64,000 nucleotides of DNA from Balanoglossus misakiensis. Taxonomy: Eukaryota > Animalia > Hemichordata. The stretch spans positions 5,549,009 through 5,613,008 of the forward strand of contig CM082591.2 in assembly GCA_040954595.2 (NCBI GenBank), given 5' to 3'. Positions 1 to 12,344 of this stretch are shown in pieces; the stretch's first letter is position 1, and each line of letters opens with the position of its first letter. The notes beneath the pieces are model-generated. The model was given only the letters and a program-made list of their open reading frames with translations. It was not told where the DNA came from and made no database searches. The position numbers were made by a program, and so were the translations under genes.

Positions 1-233
1 GACACACAACTTCCATCCCGTTTATAGGATATGAGAGTAAAAATCTCGCCAAAATGAATAAATGGTAAACACCGATTATTCATTTTGGTGAGTTTTTCAC
101 TCTCGTGTCTACAAGTTGGATGGAAGTTGTGTGTGGTTGAACGTTGATTCACTATATATAGAATAACATTAACAGTGTCTTGTATCAAACATAATTAATG
201 GGAAAAGGGCAGCGAGAGAGAGACTTTGTCCCT
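1..233. mobile_element. Right part of ~340-bp foldback MITE (family M1, Kolobok-like, TTAA target)
   Basis: Ends gagactttgtccct|ttaa. Identical to the right part of the full copy at 16005-16344. Confidence 0.9.
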
Positions 234-591
234 TTAAATGGATTATAGACGACAATTTCCCTTCCAGAACACAGAAACATACGAGATGGACTTGGACCTC
301 GTGGTGGTGGAATGTGTGCGGGAGGGAGGGTGTGTGTGTGTTGGGGGGGGGGGGTGTATTGATCGCATTTCTCAACTGACAGCCTGCATTTCCATGCGTC
401 TTTGTCAAAGTTTATGAATCATTCAAGCAGTTCCTAAGTAATTATTCATGACAAAGCACAGTTGCGTAAATTGTAAACGGGCGCCTAATTTGCTTAATGT
501 TTGCATGCGATTTGTATACATATTTGAATCCGTGGAAAGTTCCCACAAGATGAATAGATTACTTTGCTTCATTTGTTATTGATTCAATTTT

Positions 592-1549
592 TTTTTGGCT
601 GCTGCATCAAATTAGAATTTTTGGCAGGCAACATATTTCTGCTCGGCGAGGCTTAATTAAGTGTTGTTTTCCAGTTATCGACGGGCTGAGAAGATATTAT
701 TTTGAATATAAACATACATATTGATAAAAAATTAAAAACAGACAACGAAATCTTAGCCTTTTCCATCAAGTATGCAGCAAGCTAATAAAAATTACTGCAA
801 CGTAAAAGTACATAGAATGAAGTGTGACAATATTTCAACTCTAAGTCCCGTTTAACAACAAATTCATCAAGTTCTCATTAATATACACCAACACTAGGAT
901 CTATTAACACAGGCAATTTACAACCTGTTAATTAATACAGCCTTGTTATTCATAAAAAGGTAAATTCTCATGTTTGAAATATTTAAAATGCACAGAATGA
1001 AGAAGGGCACCTGCATCTTTTTGGCTGCTGCATCAAATTAGAATTTTTGGCAGGCAACATATTTCTGCTCGGCGAGGCTTAATTAAGTGTTGTTTTCCAG
1101 TTATCGACGGGCTGAGAAGATATTATTTTGAATATAAACATACATATTGATAAAAAATTAAAAACAGACAACGAAATCTTAGCCTTTTCCATCAAGTATG
1201 CAGCAAGCTAATAAAAATTACTGCAACGTAAAAGTACATAGAATGAAGTGTGACAATATTTCAACTCTAAGTCCCGTTTAACAACAAATTCATCAAGTTC
1301 TCATTAATATACACCAACACTAGGATCTATTAACACAGGCAATTTACAACCTGTTAATTAATACAGCCTTGTTATTCATAAAAAAGGTAAATTCTCATGT
1401 TTGAAATATTTAAAATGCACAGAATGAAAAAGGACACCTGCATCTTTTTTGGCTGCTGCATCAAATTAGAATTTTTGGCAGGCAACATATTTCCTGTTGT
1501 TTTCCAGTTATCGACGGGCTGAGAAGATATTATTTTGAATATAAACATA
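592..1549 (+). repeat. Tandem repeat, ~427-bp unit, ~2.2 copies
   Basis: ggctgctgcatcaaattagaatttttggcaggcaacatattt recurs at 597, 1023 and 1451. Confidence 0.92.
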
Positions 1550-2394
1550 CAATCCATGATTATTTTCCAGAATGGTACGTGTATGCTGAAATCCACAGAT
1601 ATATCGATGTGTAGCTTTCCCTGGTTCATGCAATTACAATGAAAAGCCTGCTTTTAATTTTGACTTATGCAATGCGTATCAATGTCGTCAGCCTCTAGTT
1701 AGATACTGATACACCTTAAAAGGAGAGAAATTTATGCGTGAATTTTTAACACAATAATTACCGCTGGTCTATAAATATCCTTACTTTGAAACAAAGTTGT
1801 TAGTTGGTACGTCGACAAAGTCGTTTGTTCGACTTTCACAATCTGCTTGATAAACGGCGGCGAAAACGAAGGTATGTTTCTTGAAGCTTACACTATTCGG
1901 TAGTGTGGACCGAACTACATTGACTGTAGCAATGCAATAATGGAGCGAAGACATTTTGTAAAATAATGCCTTACTTTTGAAAAAAAAGTTTAATTTTGTA
2001 CGTTTGCAAAGTGTCTTTTTCAACTCCCACCATCTTCTTGATACAAGCATTCGGTAAGGTTATTTGTATACGTGTTTATTACTATACAATAGTGCAAGGT
2101 AACAAACAAAAACGACAATGTACATGTATGTAACTGCTTACAAACTTGTGACATAAAGAGTTGTAGGAAGCAAAATCTGCGACAAGACTAAATGTATTTT
2201 AAAGTGGATATGCTATGGATGTGTACAGAAGGACCTTGTCTATAAGACCTGTAGAAATTTGATTACAGAAATAACAGGAACCGAATAATGTGTTCTCTCT
2301 TTGAATGCTATTAAATTTCAGAAAGTATATTAATTCATTAATTGCAGTATGTCTGTCTTCAAAACTGCGTTTTTATAAGACTTTATATGACATC

Positions 2395-3285
2395 ATGGCA
2401 TTTCAGGCGATCATGATCACATCGCACTCCGCGGCGATTTGGTTTGGCATGTTTGCATTACTTGTGGCGCAGATCACAGCTGCCAGCACAAACAAGAGGA
2501 AGATTGAGGAAGAGCGAAGAATCCGTGCACTGCGTCCGAGCTTCGTCAAACGTGAACATCAAGCTCCACTGATTCACGCTGGAGACGAGAAGATAGACGA
2601 GGAATACATTGTAAAACTGAGGGTTAGTAGATGTTGTGGCGGACACACACGTCTCCCAATTAATCTTCTGTGTTGAAAGGTCATGTGTTCACAGCTGACG
2701 CTATGTTTCCAGATAAGCAATGCCGGAAAAAGACAATCAAAACATTCTCTATATATTTCAATAAAATTATTTACTTCTACAGGTATGGATGGGCCTTAGT
2801 TCTCCCACAGCCTATATACGGTTCGCTACAAGGCTCTTGACATGTTACACACTGATGAACTCCCGTCGCTAGGAGATGCACCATAATGTTTTGTGCAGAC
2901 TCGCAGGCCAGGTTTCACTCGGCCATTAAGACCCATCGTTAAATCCGACAATATGTCTGCGCAGGCAACGAAAGGGTCTGTGAGTCAAAGACGGGCCTAT
3001 AAATCCAAGTCGAATGAACAACTATTGACTTACTACACTTATCACTTGATTTGCAACACTTCGCACAATCAATACATATTATCTCATTTCATTCAGGACG
3101 ACCTTACTGATAATGAATTAGGCGAATTCGAAGACAAATTTCAAGCACTTTCTGAAGAACATGGCTGGCACATTGATTTTCAAATTAATGTGACACAATT
3201 GATGAAAGGATTTGTCGCCAGAATTCCCAGTGGAGCAGTTGATATAGTATGTGTCCATTTTGTTGTCATTAATTCCAACGGCCAA

Positions 3286-3316
<31 letters not shown>

Positions 3317-3360
3317 TGTATGTATGTATGTATGTATGTATGTATGTATGTATGTATGTA

Positions 3361-3391
<31 letters not shown>

Positions 3392-3408
3392 ATGTATGTA
3401 TGTATGTA

Positions 3409-3487
<79 letters not shown>

Positions 3488-6400
3488 ATGTATGTATGTA
3501 TGTATGTATGTATGTATGTATCATCCTCTTCTTATTTTCATTCAGCTCCGTTGGCTGGATGAGGTAGAGTTTGTTGAAGAAGACGAAGTTGTCCATGGAA
3601 ATGTAGAGTGGGGTTTGGACAGGATTGATCAGGCAAATCTGCCTTTGAATAACGTTTATTCAAGACGACTAGGTAAGTCAGGGACCCTCTTTGCAGTTAA
3701 CCTTACACGCAGGTTGTACGTGATTAAGTGTTCGGCGTTGGAAGTTTGTTTATTCATATACGACGATCTTCTTAACAATTAATTTGCGGTAATCATATGT
3801 ACTACATTTATATTCTCTTAGAAATACCACATTTAACTTAAAATATCCATTGTTTTTTTCGCCAGCTTCGTTTGTTAAGTGAATTATTAACCAAGTAATT
3901 GTTGTGACCATCGCTTACTCAGTTAGCCTTAAGTATGCGTGTAATCACTTTTTCATCATTCTTATTTTCTGTTCTGTAAAGGGGACGGCAGTGGCGTGTA
4001 TGTCTTTGTTTTTGATACTGGCATACGTTATTCTCACAGCGAGTTTGGTGGTAGAGCACATCCATTTTTCGATGCCTTTTCAGATGGACAAAATGTAAGA
4101 TGCTCTATATAATACCACTGTCTGAGTAACATATGGTAAAATGTAAATGCCTCCGTGTCGAATTAAATATACATATTGTGAGAACATTCGTTTTTAAGAA
4201 ATATATTTCCGGAACACAGGTTCAACTTAAACTGTTGCGTCCACTGTATATTTATTTTTTTCAGAAATAATCTTTGGGCTGCAAAAGAACTATTTTGCAA
4301 AAATGTCTTACCAGTTTAAATCAATTCAGTTGATTAACACAATTTACAAAATATAAATTGCATTACTTCATGAAAAGAGACTACTAAGGTTTTTCTGTGT
4401 TCAAAATTACTGTTGTCGCTGGCCCCTGTTTGAGGAGTTATATGTATTGATAACATTCGTGTGTATAATACTTATATCGTTGGCCTATGTTTTATACAGG
4501 GAAACGACTGTACAGGACATGGTACTCACTGTGCAGGTACTATTGGTGGGAGCACTGTTGGTGTTGCACCTGGTGTTACGCTGTTTTCTGTTCGCGTTTT
4601 GGACTGTTGGGGAAGTGGGGCTTGGAGCGGCGTTATTGAAGGTGAGGGTACAATTACAAAAAAGATACATTGCAATTTTAATGCAAGGCGTACGGCAAAT
4701 TAGACATTCATAACATCCGGGTCCTCAACACTTATCCCTGCAGGCATGGATGCAGTCGCTGGTTCCAATATGGGACCAGCATTGGTCTCCATGTCGCTGG
4801 TCGGTTGGCGCAACTGGGCCACGAATTTGGCAGTCAAACGGTTAACCGATGCTGGGTACATCGTAGTCGTTGCTGCTGGAAACGATAAGAGAGACGCCTG
4901 TACCAAGTCACCTGCATCGGCTCCTGAGGTAATACATTTGAAGTCTGGCAAAATCAATTAGAATATTTTGAGGCATGACTCCAAGCAGAAAAGTGACATA
5001 CGATCACCAAGAGTATGCGTGCCATCTTAGGAAAGGAATAAAATGCAGGTGTTAACGCCCAGTGTGTATAGTTTTATCTGTTTTTAGCTAGCTCAGCAAA
5101 GTCACCTCCAATTCTTGTGAGTTCTGATTTTGATTTCACCGTGAAGTATCCGTATAGCGACGGTTAAAGTACCGTTCGCTCCATTGTACATGTGTTCATT
5201 TCTGAAAATATCCTGCCCACGTCCATTGTCACGCACTGTGTGTCGTACATGTACATGTACATGACCAGACTATACCATAACTGACTGATAGTTGGCAACT
5301 ATTTCTGTATGTTACAGGCAATTACGGTGGGAGCCACTCAATCTAACGATGCTTTAGCTGGGTATTCTAATTACGGCAGCTGTGTTAATATTCTGGCACC
5401 AGGAAGTGACGTCAGAAGTGCTTGGCACACTGGGGACGCCAGCTACAACACTATTAGTGGAACCTCGATGGCAACTCCTCACGTTACTGGTAAGAGTGTC
5501 TTGATATATTCTGGGGTCTTCATGTATTCTCAGGGTATGCTGTAAGCAAATATATGTAAACTTAAGATGGGTCCCTGGGATCTTTTTGCCCGTTGCTATG
5601 GGCCTTTATAGGACATTACACCCCGATTTGGACTAAGACGTTTTCAGAGTCTAACAAGGGGCTGGTAACTGGTTGAAAATCTGCACGATTGTGAGCGCGC
5701 GCCCCCTGACGCCATTGATATGCAAATTAGTTAGGTCAAATTTCAAAAGCCTAAGGCTTTTTATTCCGTGACCTCAAAAACGAACTTGATACGTATTCAT
5801 TAGTTGCTTGAACCAGGGAAGATCGTGACGGATTTTGTTTTCGAATATTATCGTTGTATCCTACGATTTCAGCATACCCGTACCACACCTGAAAAAGTCA
5901 TCGATTTTGGGTGTTTTTGGACGCACTCTTCCACTGGTATCGCTTCTTAGCACGACGAAAACCGAAAAAACGATCCGTCACACTATGCGGAAGTGCGTTC
6001 TCAACAAGCAGGTCAAATTTGGCTGGCCTACGTCGCCTGTGAAAAAAGCCTTAGGGATTTTCGTGAACGGTACAAAATCTCTGTGTACAAAACATTGGAT
6101 TTTTAGCGTTCGATCCAGTTACTGTGGTTACAGGACGCGCACGCTATCGCTGACCGCTGATTTGCCGTATTAGCGTGGCGGCCTATGGCCGGGCGGTAGC
6201 TGCCGTAAACATACTCAGACAGGGGGTGTGCACACAATCGTGCGTATTTTTAACTAGTTACAAGCCCCTTGTCGGACGTTCATAACGGTTTCGATCAAAA
6301 TTGAGTGTAGTGTCCTATAAAGGGCCATAGCAACGAGCAAAAAGATCCTAGGGACCCATCTTAACAAATTGCTCTCTATTTCTTCAAGGTGTTGCCGCCC

Positions 6401-7471
6401 TGTACCTTCATTCGGAGCCATTTCTCACACAATCGACGATGTTAAACCGGTTGTTGGACACTGCCCAAACAGGAAAAATTGACATGTCCAGTGTGGCTCC
6501 GAGTTGGAGATCTGCAACCCCGAATAAACTTCTAAATATTGCCCCACTTGGTGAGTTGAATCATGGTTTGTTTCAATTGGAGCCCTTTACGTCATTGTAA
6601 TGGACGTGCTCAATTCGGACTCCATAAAGTCAAGTACATTCGCTTAATTACCATACGAGGTAGCAAGCACCCGCTTGCATATCCGATGATTGATGAACGA
6701 AAGAGCGCCAGCACTCCACTGAAATTTAAGTCAAATGTTCTAGCTGCATTGACTACAGACGTGAGTAATATAAATTTTTCAGTCTGGCATTTTATTATTA
6801 CAACAATGAAGGTGCACTTTTAAATACCTGTAGGAATAATATGATTGCCAATGGTTACAATTCTCAAAAGCCTACACATATTCTCTGAACTACCTATATA
6901 TAGGTCTACGTGCCTACATACATACATACATACATACATACATACATACATACATACATACATACATACATACATACATGCATGCATGCATGCATGCATG
7001 CATGCATGCATGCATACATACATACATACATACATACATACATACATACATACATTCATACATACATACATACATACATACATACATACATACATACATA
7101 CATACATACATACATACATACATACATACATACAACATACACAGACAGACAGACAGACAGACAAAGAGATTTTGGTACAATGCACCATATTATTAATATT
7201 AATCTTTCCTTTAGATTCCCGACAATTGTGTGAGAATACCTGCTCGTTGAGAGGAGATGGCGAATGCAATGATGGTGGACCCTATTCGCAATTGGCCGAC
7301 TGCAGATTTGGAACCGATTGTGATGACTGTGGACCACGCTCATTTTTGTGCACGAATACATGCTATTGGAGAGAAGATGGCAAATGCGATGACGGTGGGC
7401 CCAATTCGCAATACAGCGGCTGCGACTATGGAACCGACTGTGATGACTGTGGACTCCGCCCTCCACGTTGA
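2395..7471 (+). CDS. Secreted subtilisin-family (S8, proteinase K/aqualysin-like) serine protease, copy 1, ~511 aa, 9 exons, with two C-terminal six-Cys repeats
   Basis: Exons 2395-2622, 3097-3246, 3546-3672, 3982-4094, 4500-4641, 4744-4928, 5318-5489, 6389-6550, 7215-7471. All introns GT-AG with compatible phases; 1536 nt in total. Hydrophobic signal peptide, I9-type prodomain (YIVKL, KGFVARI, VEFVEED), WGLDRIDQ, catalytic motifs [12 protein letters not shown] and [10 protein letters not shown], oxyanion AAGN. Confidence 0.93.
3288..3520 (+). repeat. (TATG)n/(TG)n compound microsatellite in protease intron 2
   Basis: Read directly. The copy at ~19400-19620 is 12 bp shorter. Confidence 0.97.
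5566..6360. mobile_element. Non-autonomous DNA transposon, ~55-bp TIRs, TTAA TSD (Kolobok-like), in protease intron 7
   Basis: ttaa|gatgggtccctgggatctttttgcccgttgctatgggcctttataggaca ... tgtcctataaagggccatagcaacgagcaaaaagatcctagggacccatc|ttaa. Purine-purine 5' termini with a TTAA TSD fit Kolobok. Confidence 0.85.
6915..7162 (+). repeat. (CATA)n/(CATG)n/(CAGA)n microsatellite in protease intron 8
   Basis: Read directly. Duplicate at ~23015-23262. Confidence 0.97.
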
Positions 7472-7558
7472 GTCAGCCTTCACTGAACGTCCACAGGGAA
7501 GATAGACGTCCTTTGTGGTTACACTGCGATGCATGAAAAAAAAATGACAATATATTTA

Positions 7559-7853
7559 AGCAATAAAACACCCCCAGCCATGGTATACCACGAGATTTTG
7601 ACCAGTTCACGACATATACGCACGAGCGATAATTGAACTGGTCAAAATCGAGTGGTATACCATGGCTGGGGGTGTTTTATTGCTATTATATTATGCCAGT
7701 ATATTGAAACTTTGCATAAAACATTTTAAAAAGGCATTTTCTTTGACTATGATATATGACTGTGGTATATGGCTAATATATCACGGTCACGTGTCGTGTC
7801 TCGACCAATCAAATAGCGTGATTTACACCATCAATATACTGGTATAATATAAT
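7559..7853. mobile_element. Double-hairpin non-autonomous element (possibly Crypton-like) just 3' of the protease stop
   Basis: Arm ~7559-7609 pairs with 7634-7684, and 7685-7707 pairs with 7831-7853, so both ends are complementary to a central segment. The family label is from memory only. Confidence 0.55.
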
Positions 7854-8394
7854 AGGATTTTTGACCCTTTTCACCTTTCTCTGCAGTATGACAGTATTGC
7901 GAATATGACTTCTGAATGAGGCTACCGTCTCTGGTGGCTATCGTTGGAATTGGTATTATCTTTTGGGAATAAACCTATTATTGCATTGATATGTTGTCAT
8001 GGCATTAATACACTTATTTATTTCGTCAAAAGTTACAAACTTACGTGTACATATACTTCACAACGCCAGGAAATTGATAGAAAACCCACAAAAATATTTA
8101 TCCTATAGTATGGACAATATTATCTGCTATGTAGCTGTTGGTGCACCAGGTATAAATACGCTTTATGTGCATCTATATTTCAACTTTCCAATTTTAGTCA
8201 ATAAGTTCGGATGTAGTTTGAATACATGAAATGAAGTACTACAAATGTAGATGGCCTTTACATGGCCACGACAAAATGACATTTGTGAAGCAAATGATCT
8301 CACACGACAGGAAAACATCACTGTCTCACAAGAGAGAACTGTGTGTGTGTGTGTGTTCATTGTTGCGTTAATTGTAAACGGGCGCCTAATTGGC

Positions 8395-8790
8395 TTAACT
8401 GACCATCTCCACTTCCTCCTGAGCCGAATTTATACCGGAAGTTGCCATCGCTGTCAAATACTAGAATTCGCAGACAAACCCCGGGAAGTAAAACTTTCCA
8501 ACCCTTTCTCCCAAATAGCCTACCCAAACTGTTTGATGTGATTTCCGTCTCGGTCAAACATGTGAACTCTTAGTGCTCCGATACGACCATAACAGACAAG
8601 CGGTCAGTTCACTTCTCCCTTGGGCCTATTTGATCTGTCTGCCATTTTCATCACAGACAATCACCTGTTCATTTTTGCCATCGACTACATACATGTTGCC
8701 ATCATCTGATATGACTACATCACAAAGTTTGCATCTGGTACCTCGCTTATCTTGCACCTCAGCCGCCATCTTGGGGTCTCTCAGCCCACC
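8395..8790 (-). pseudogene. Degraded NHL-repeat (TRIM-NHL) relic
   Basis: Fragments DVVISDDGNMYVVDGKNEQVIVCDENGRQIK* and RILVFDSDGNFRYKFGSGGSGDGQL, broken by stops and frameshifts, resemble the neighbouring NHL repeats. Confidence 0.8.
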
Positions 8791-8793
8791 CTT

Positions 8794-8997
8794 ACACACA
8801 CACATACATACATACATACATACATACATACATACATACATACATACATACATTCATACATACATACATACATACATACAGACAAACAGACAGACAGACA
8901 TACATACATACATACATACATACATACATACATACATACATACATACATACAGACATACATACATACATACATACATACAGACAGACATACATACAT

Positions 8998-9028
<31 letters not shown>

Positions 9029-9093
9029 TACATACATACATACATACATACATACATACATACATACATACAGACAGACAGACAGACATACAT

Positions 9094-9136
<43 letters not shown>

Positions 9137-9157
9137 TACATACATACATACATACAT

Positions 9158-9208
<51 letters not shown>

Positions 9209-9209
9209 T

Positions 9210-9240
<31 letters not shown>

Positions 9241-9429
9241 TACAGACAGACAGACAGACAGACATACATACATACAGACAGACAGACATACATACATACA
9301 TACATACATACATACATACATACATACATACAGACAGACAGACAGACAGACATACATACATACAGACAGACAGACAGACATACATACATACATACATACA
9401 TACATACATACATACATACATACATACAT

Positions 9430-9480
<51 letters not shown>

Positions 9481-9484
9481 AACA
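8794..9484 (+). repeat. ~690-bp (CATA)n/(CAGA)n compound microsatellite
   Basis: Read directly. The copy at 24894-25564 is 20 bp shorter. Confidence 0.97.
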
Positions 9485-10257
9485 ATCTTCAAGGATTGTG
9501 TTTTTATTTACACTACGATAAAATAACAAGAATACTCTGACAATGGGCGGCCAATCTAAACTGATTGTATGTACACTTAATGAACACATATCCTTTTGTT
9601 AATATACGTACATATGGTCATTGAACTAAAGTTTAACTTAATTTATGAAATTAAACTGGAATAGTCATTTCTACTGGGTTCTTTTTGGTTCAATGTGAAT
9701 TGTATTTTGGTATTCCTTGTATAAACCCCGATTATACATTGTGTACTGTTTTCTAAAAACGGGGTTGATATTCAGTATGGGTGATTGTCATTATAAGATG
9801 AATTTATGCTGTGTGTTGATGATTCAATTCATATCAAGGTAGTGATGAGGTCGATGATATTGCAGATGACAACACTGCAAGACGTTGCCTCTACTATAAC
9901 ATGGCATTTCAGAAAGTTTTTAAATGTTCTACACTACACACAAAAAAACGAACAAGATTGTAGACGCTATACATGATAGAAATATCCATGTGCAAGTCGT
10001 ACACGCAAAACAACAATCGACGAATTTAACTCACATGGACATTGAATATGAGATAACTGTGTGTCATTATCGCCGCAGAAATATACATTTCATGTGAAAG
10101 AACTACATATAATACACATTATTGATATAATCGAATTGTCATATATCTACATGACATGAATTAACTTCACTATGAAGCCTATAATATTCTATGTTTATGC
10201 ATGTTTCTGATTAATAATTGGCCTATGTTCTGTTCTGGCAATACACAATTCAACTTC

Positions 10258-12344
10258 TCACTGTGCAAACACCTGTACAACTCCTGAGCAAAAATTAACC
10301 ACGATGACGTTGCCAAATGGCTTGTCATCGGTCACACAGATACCAGTTGGACCGTTTGCCCTGTTATCATCACTGTCAATGCGACCAATGAATTGACCGT
10401 CAGACTCATACTTCACCACTCTGTTATTACTGTGATCACACACATACACATTGCCTTCGCTGTCAAGGGTTGTACCTTGGGGGTTACACATCTGATTATC
10501 ACCTGACCCTTGACTTCCAAAGCTGTACAAATATTCCCCCTCGGCATCAAACACTGGAATACGGTGATTGCCCCCATCTGCAACAAAGACTTTGCCTGTA
10601 GAATCAATGTTAAGACCTACAGGACTGTCTAGCTGACCTTCACGGGTTCCTTTAGAGCCAAAGGACTTGTAAAGTTGCCCATCTTTGTTGTAAATGTGTA
10701 TGCAATGACCGCCGTTATCAACAACATAAACCCTCCCATTGACAGGATGTATCGCAATGCCGAGTGGGCTATCAATCACACCTTTGCCAAAACATCTGAT
10801 CACTCTACCATTCTCATCATGCACAATGACTTGACAATCACTGCTATCAGTAGTATAGATACTTCCATCCTCTGATACGGCTGAAAACTGCGGACAAACT
10901 ATGGTTGAAATATTACTGAACGTGGTTGTACATCTATGTTGGCCATGTTGTGTGTATGTCTGTAATCTACTATTACCAGTATCACACACTCCAACATTGC
11001 CATTCCTGGTTACCATGACTCCCCATGGATAACGCAACTGCCCTACTCCTGACCCTGACTGACCAAATTGACATATTAAACCTTTCTGTTGGATAACATT
11101 GATTGTAACTGGTGACCCTTTGACCGGTTTCTTAGATACCATCACCGAGACTTCATGATTTCCTGTCATCTTGGCACAAGTTTTCAAACTCCAAATTCCA
11201 TCACCATTATTTGTTGTTTCCATGCCTTCTTGGCTACCATCAGGTTTCTTCAAGACCGCTTCTACTTCTTCCTGCCCTTCTTTTCTCTGTTTCAACTCTG
11301 TTGCTAGGGTGATGGTAATATCTTCATCAACTCTTACAAATTCAGGAACATCAACTAGATTGGAGGCATTACGTATGGGAGATATGCATAATATCACACC
11401 CATAGTTTTTGTTGTATAGAAATCATCACATGGTTTGAACTCCATGTAGTCTGTCTCAGTCGGGTCAATTTTCGTCTCCATACTCAGCAATGAGTGTCAA
11501 TCCCTTTCTTGGCTGACATCATCTGCGTGGCATTTCCATAATGCATAAGTTTCTCAACATACTCTCTCGCATTTGACATGTCACTCTCTGCAAACTCCAG
11601 TTCTTTCAGTTGTGCATTTAAGTTTACTTTCCTTCTGTTGTATTCATCTTTCAGCTCTCCAAGAAGTTTGTCACCATTTTCTCGTATCAAACGAGTGACG
11701 TCATCGACTGTTTTCTGGATGTGTTCTTTCATTTTCTTGTCCTCTGTCTGATAACAGCTGTCGAGAGATTCGGCCGTCTCCATGACTACGGCTTTGCTGT
11801 GGCTGGCTTCATCTTCTTTCGTTTTCACTTTGTCAATTGCTTCTGTCAGATCTTTGCAGTATTCGGTGGCTGCGTCTTTCAAGTATCTGTACTTGTGCTC
11901 GGGTCTCGGATGATCTACAGCCGTGCATTCGAGACATATTGCTACGTCACACGTGTCACAGTAGAATTTGACTTCGTTGTTCGGATAGCAGTGCAGAAGA
12001 CTGAAGCCAGGTCATCGGACTTTGCAGACTCGTACTCTTCTAAGGTCATCAACCTGTGCGATTTTGAGCTCCGAAATTTAGCGTGTGAACGGGCACAGAT
12101 ACCACACATGTCAACATCACACTCCACACAGTGGTTAACGCACTCCCCTTCACCACAGCCTTCGCACTTTCTAGATTTTGACAAACCCTCCTCTCGTTTT
12201 CTGAACTGTTGAACCAATTCATTGATGAACTGATTACCGCCAATACCTGCCACGCCACTATCAGGAAGTTGGTGCGATCGCCGACATATTGGGCAGGTAA
12301 TAACGCCACTTTTCTCGGCCAGCCTCCCCAGGCACGGCTCACAG
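10258..12344 (-). pseudogene. TRIM-NHL pseudogene B, copy 1 (5'-truncated at the duplication junction)
   Basis: Second half of RING (CEPC...CPIC), B-box 1, frameshift ~11988, B-box 2 and coiled coil, frameshift ~11490, then an open 410-aa filamin+NHL segment. The start of the RING is missing. Confidence 0.88.

Noticed and set aside
5835-6173. 112-aa ORF as a possible transposase
   Set aside because: Lies within a 795-bp non-autonomous element and has no DDE or THAP-like motifs.
2395-7471. Bacterial contamination suggested by the aqualysin-like protease
   Set aside because: The gene has eight spliceosomal introns containing host MITEs and microsatellites.
8573-9589. Long ORFs of HTYI/QTDR/MYVC/CLSV repeats (also 2893-3782, 6820-7269 and their duplicates)
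   Set aside because: Stop-free translations of tetranucleotide microsatellites. Only the embedded protease exons are real.
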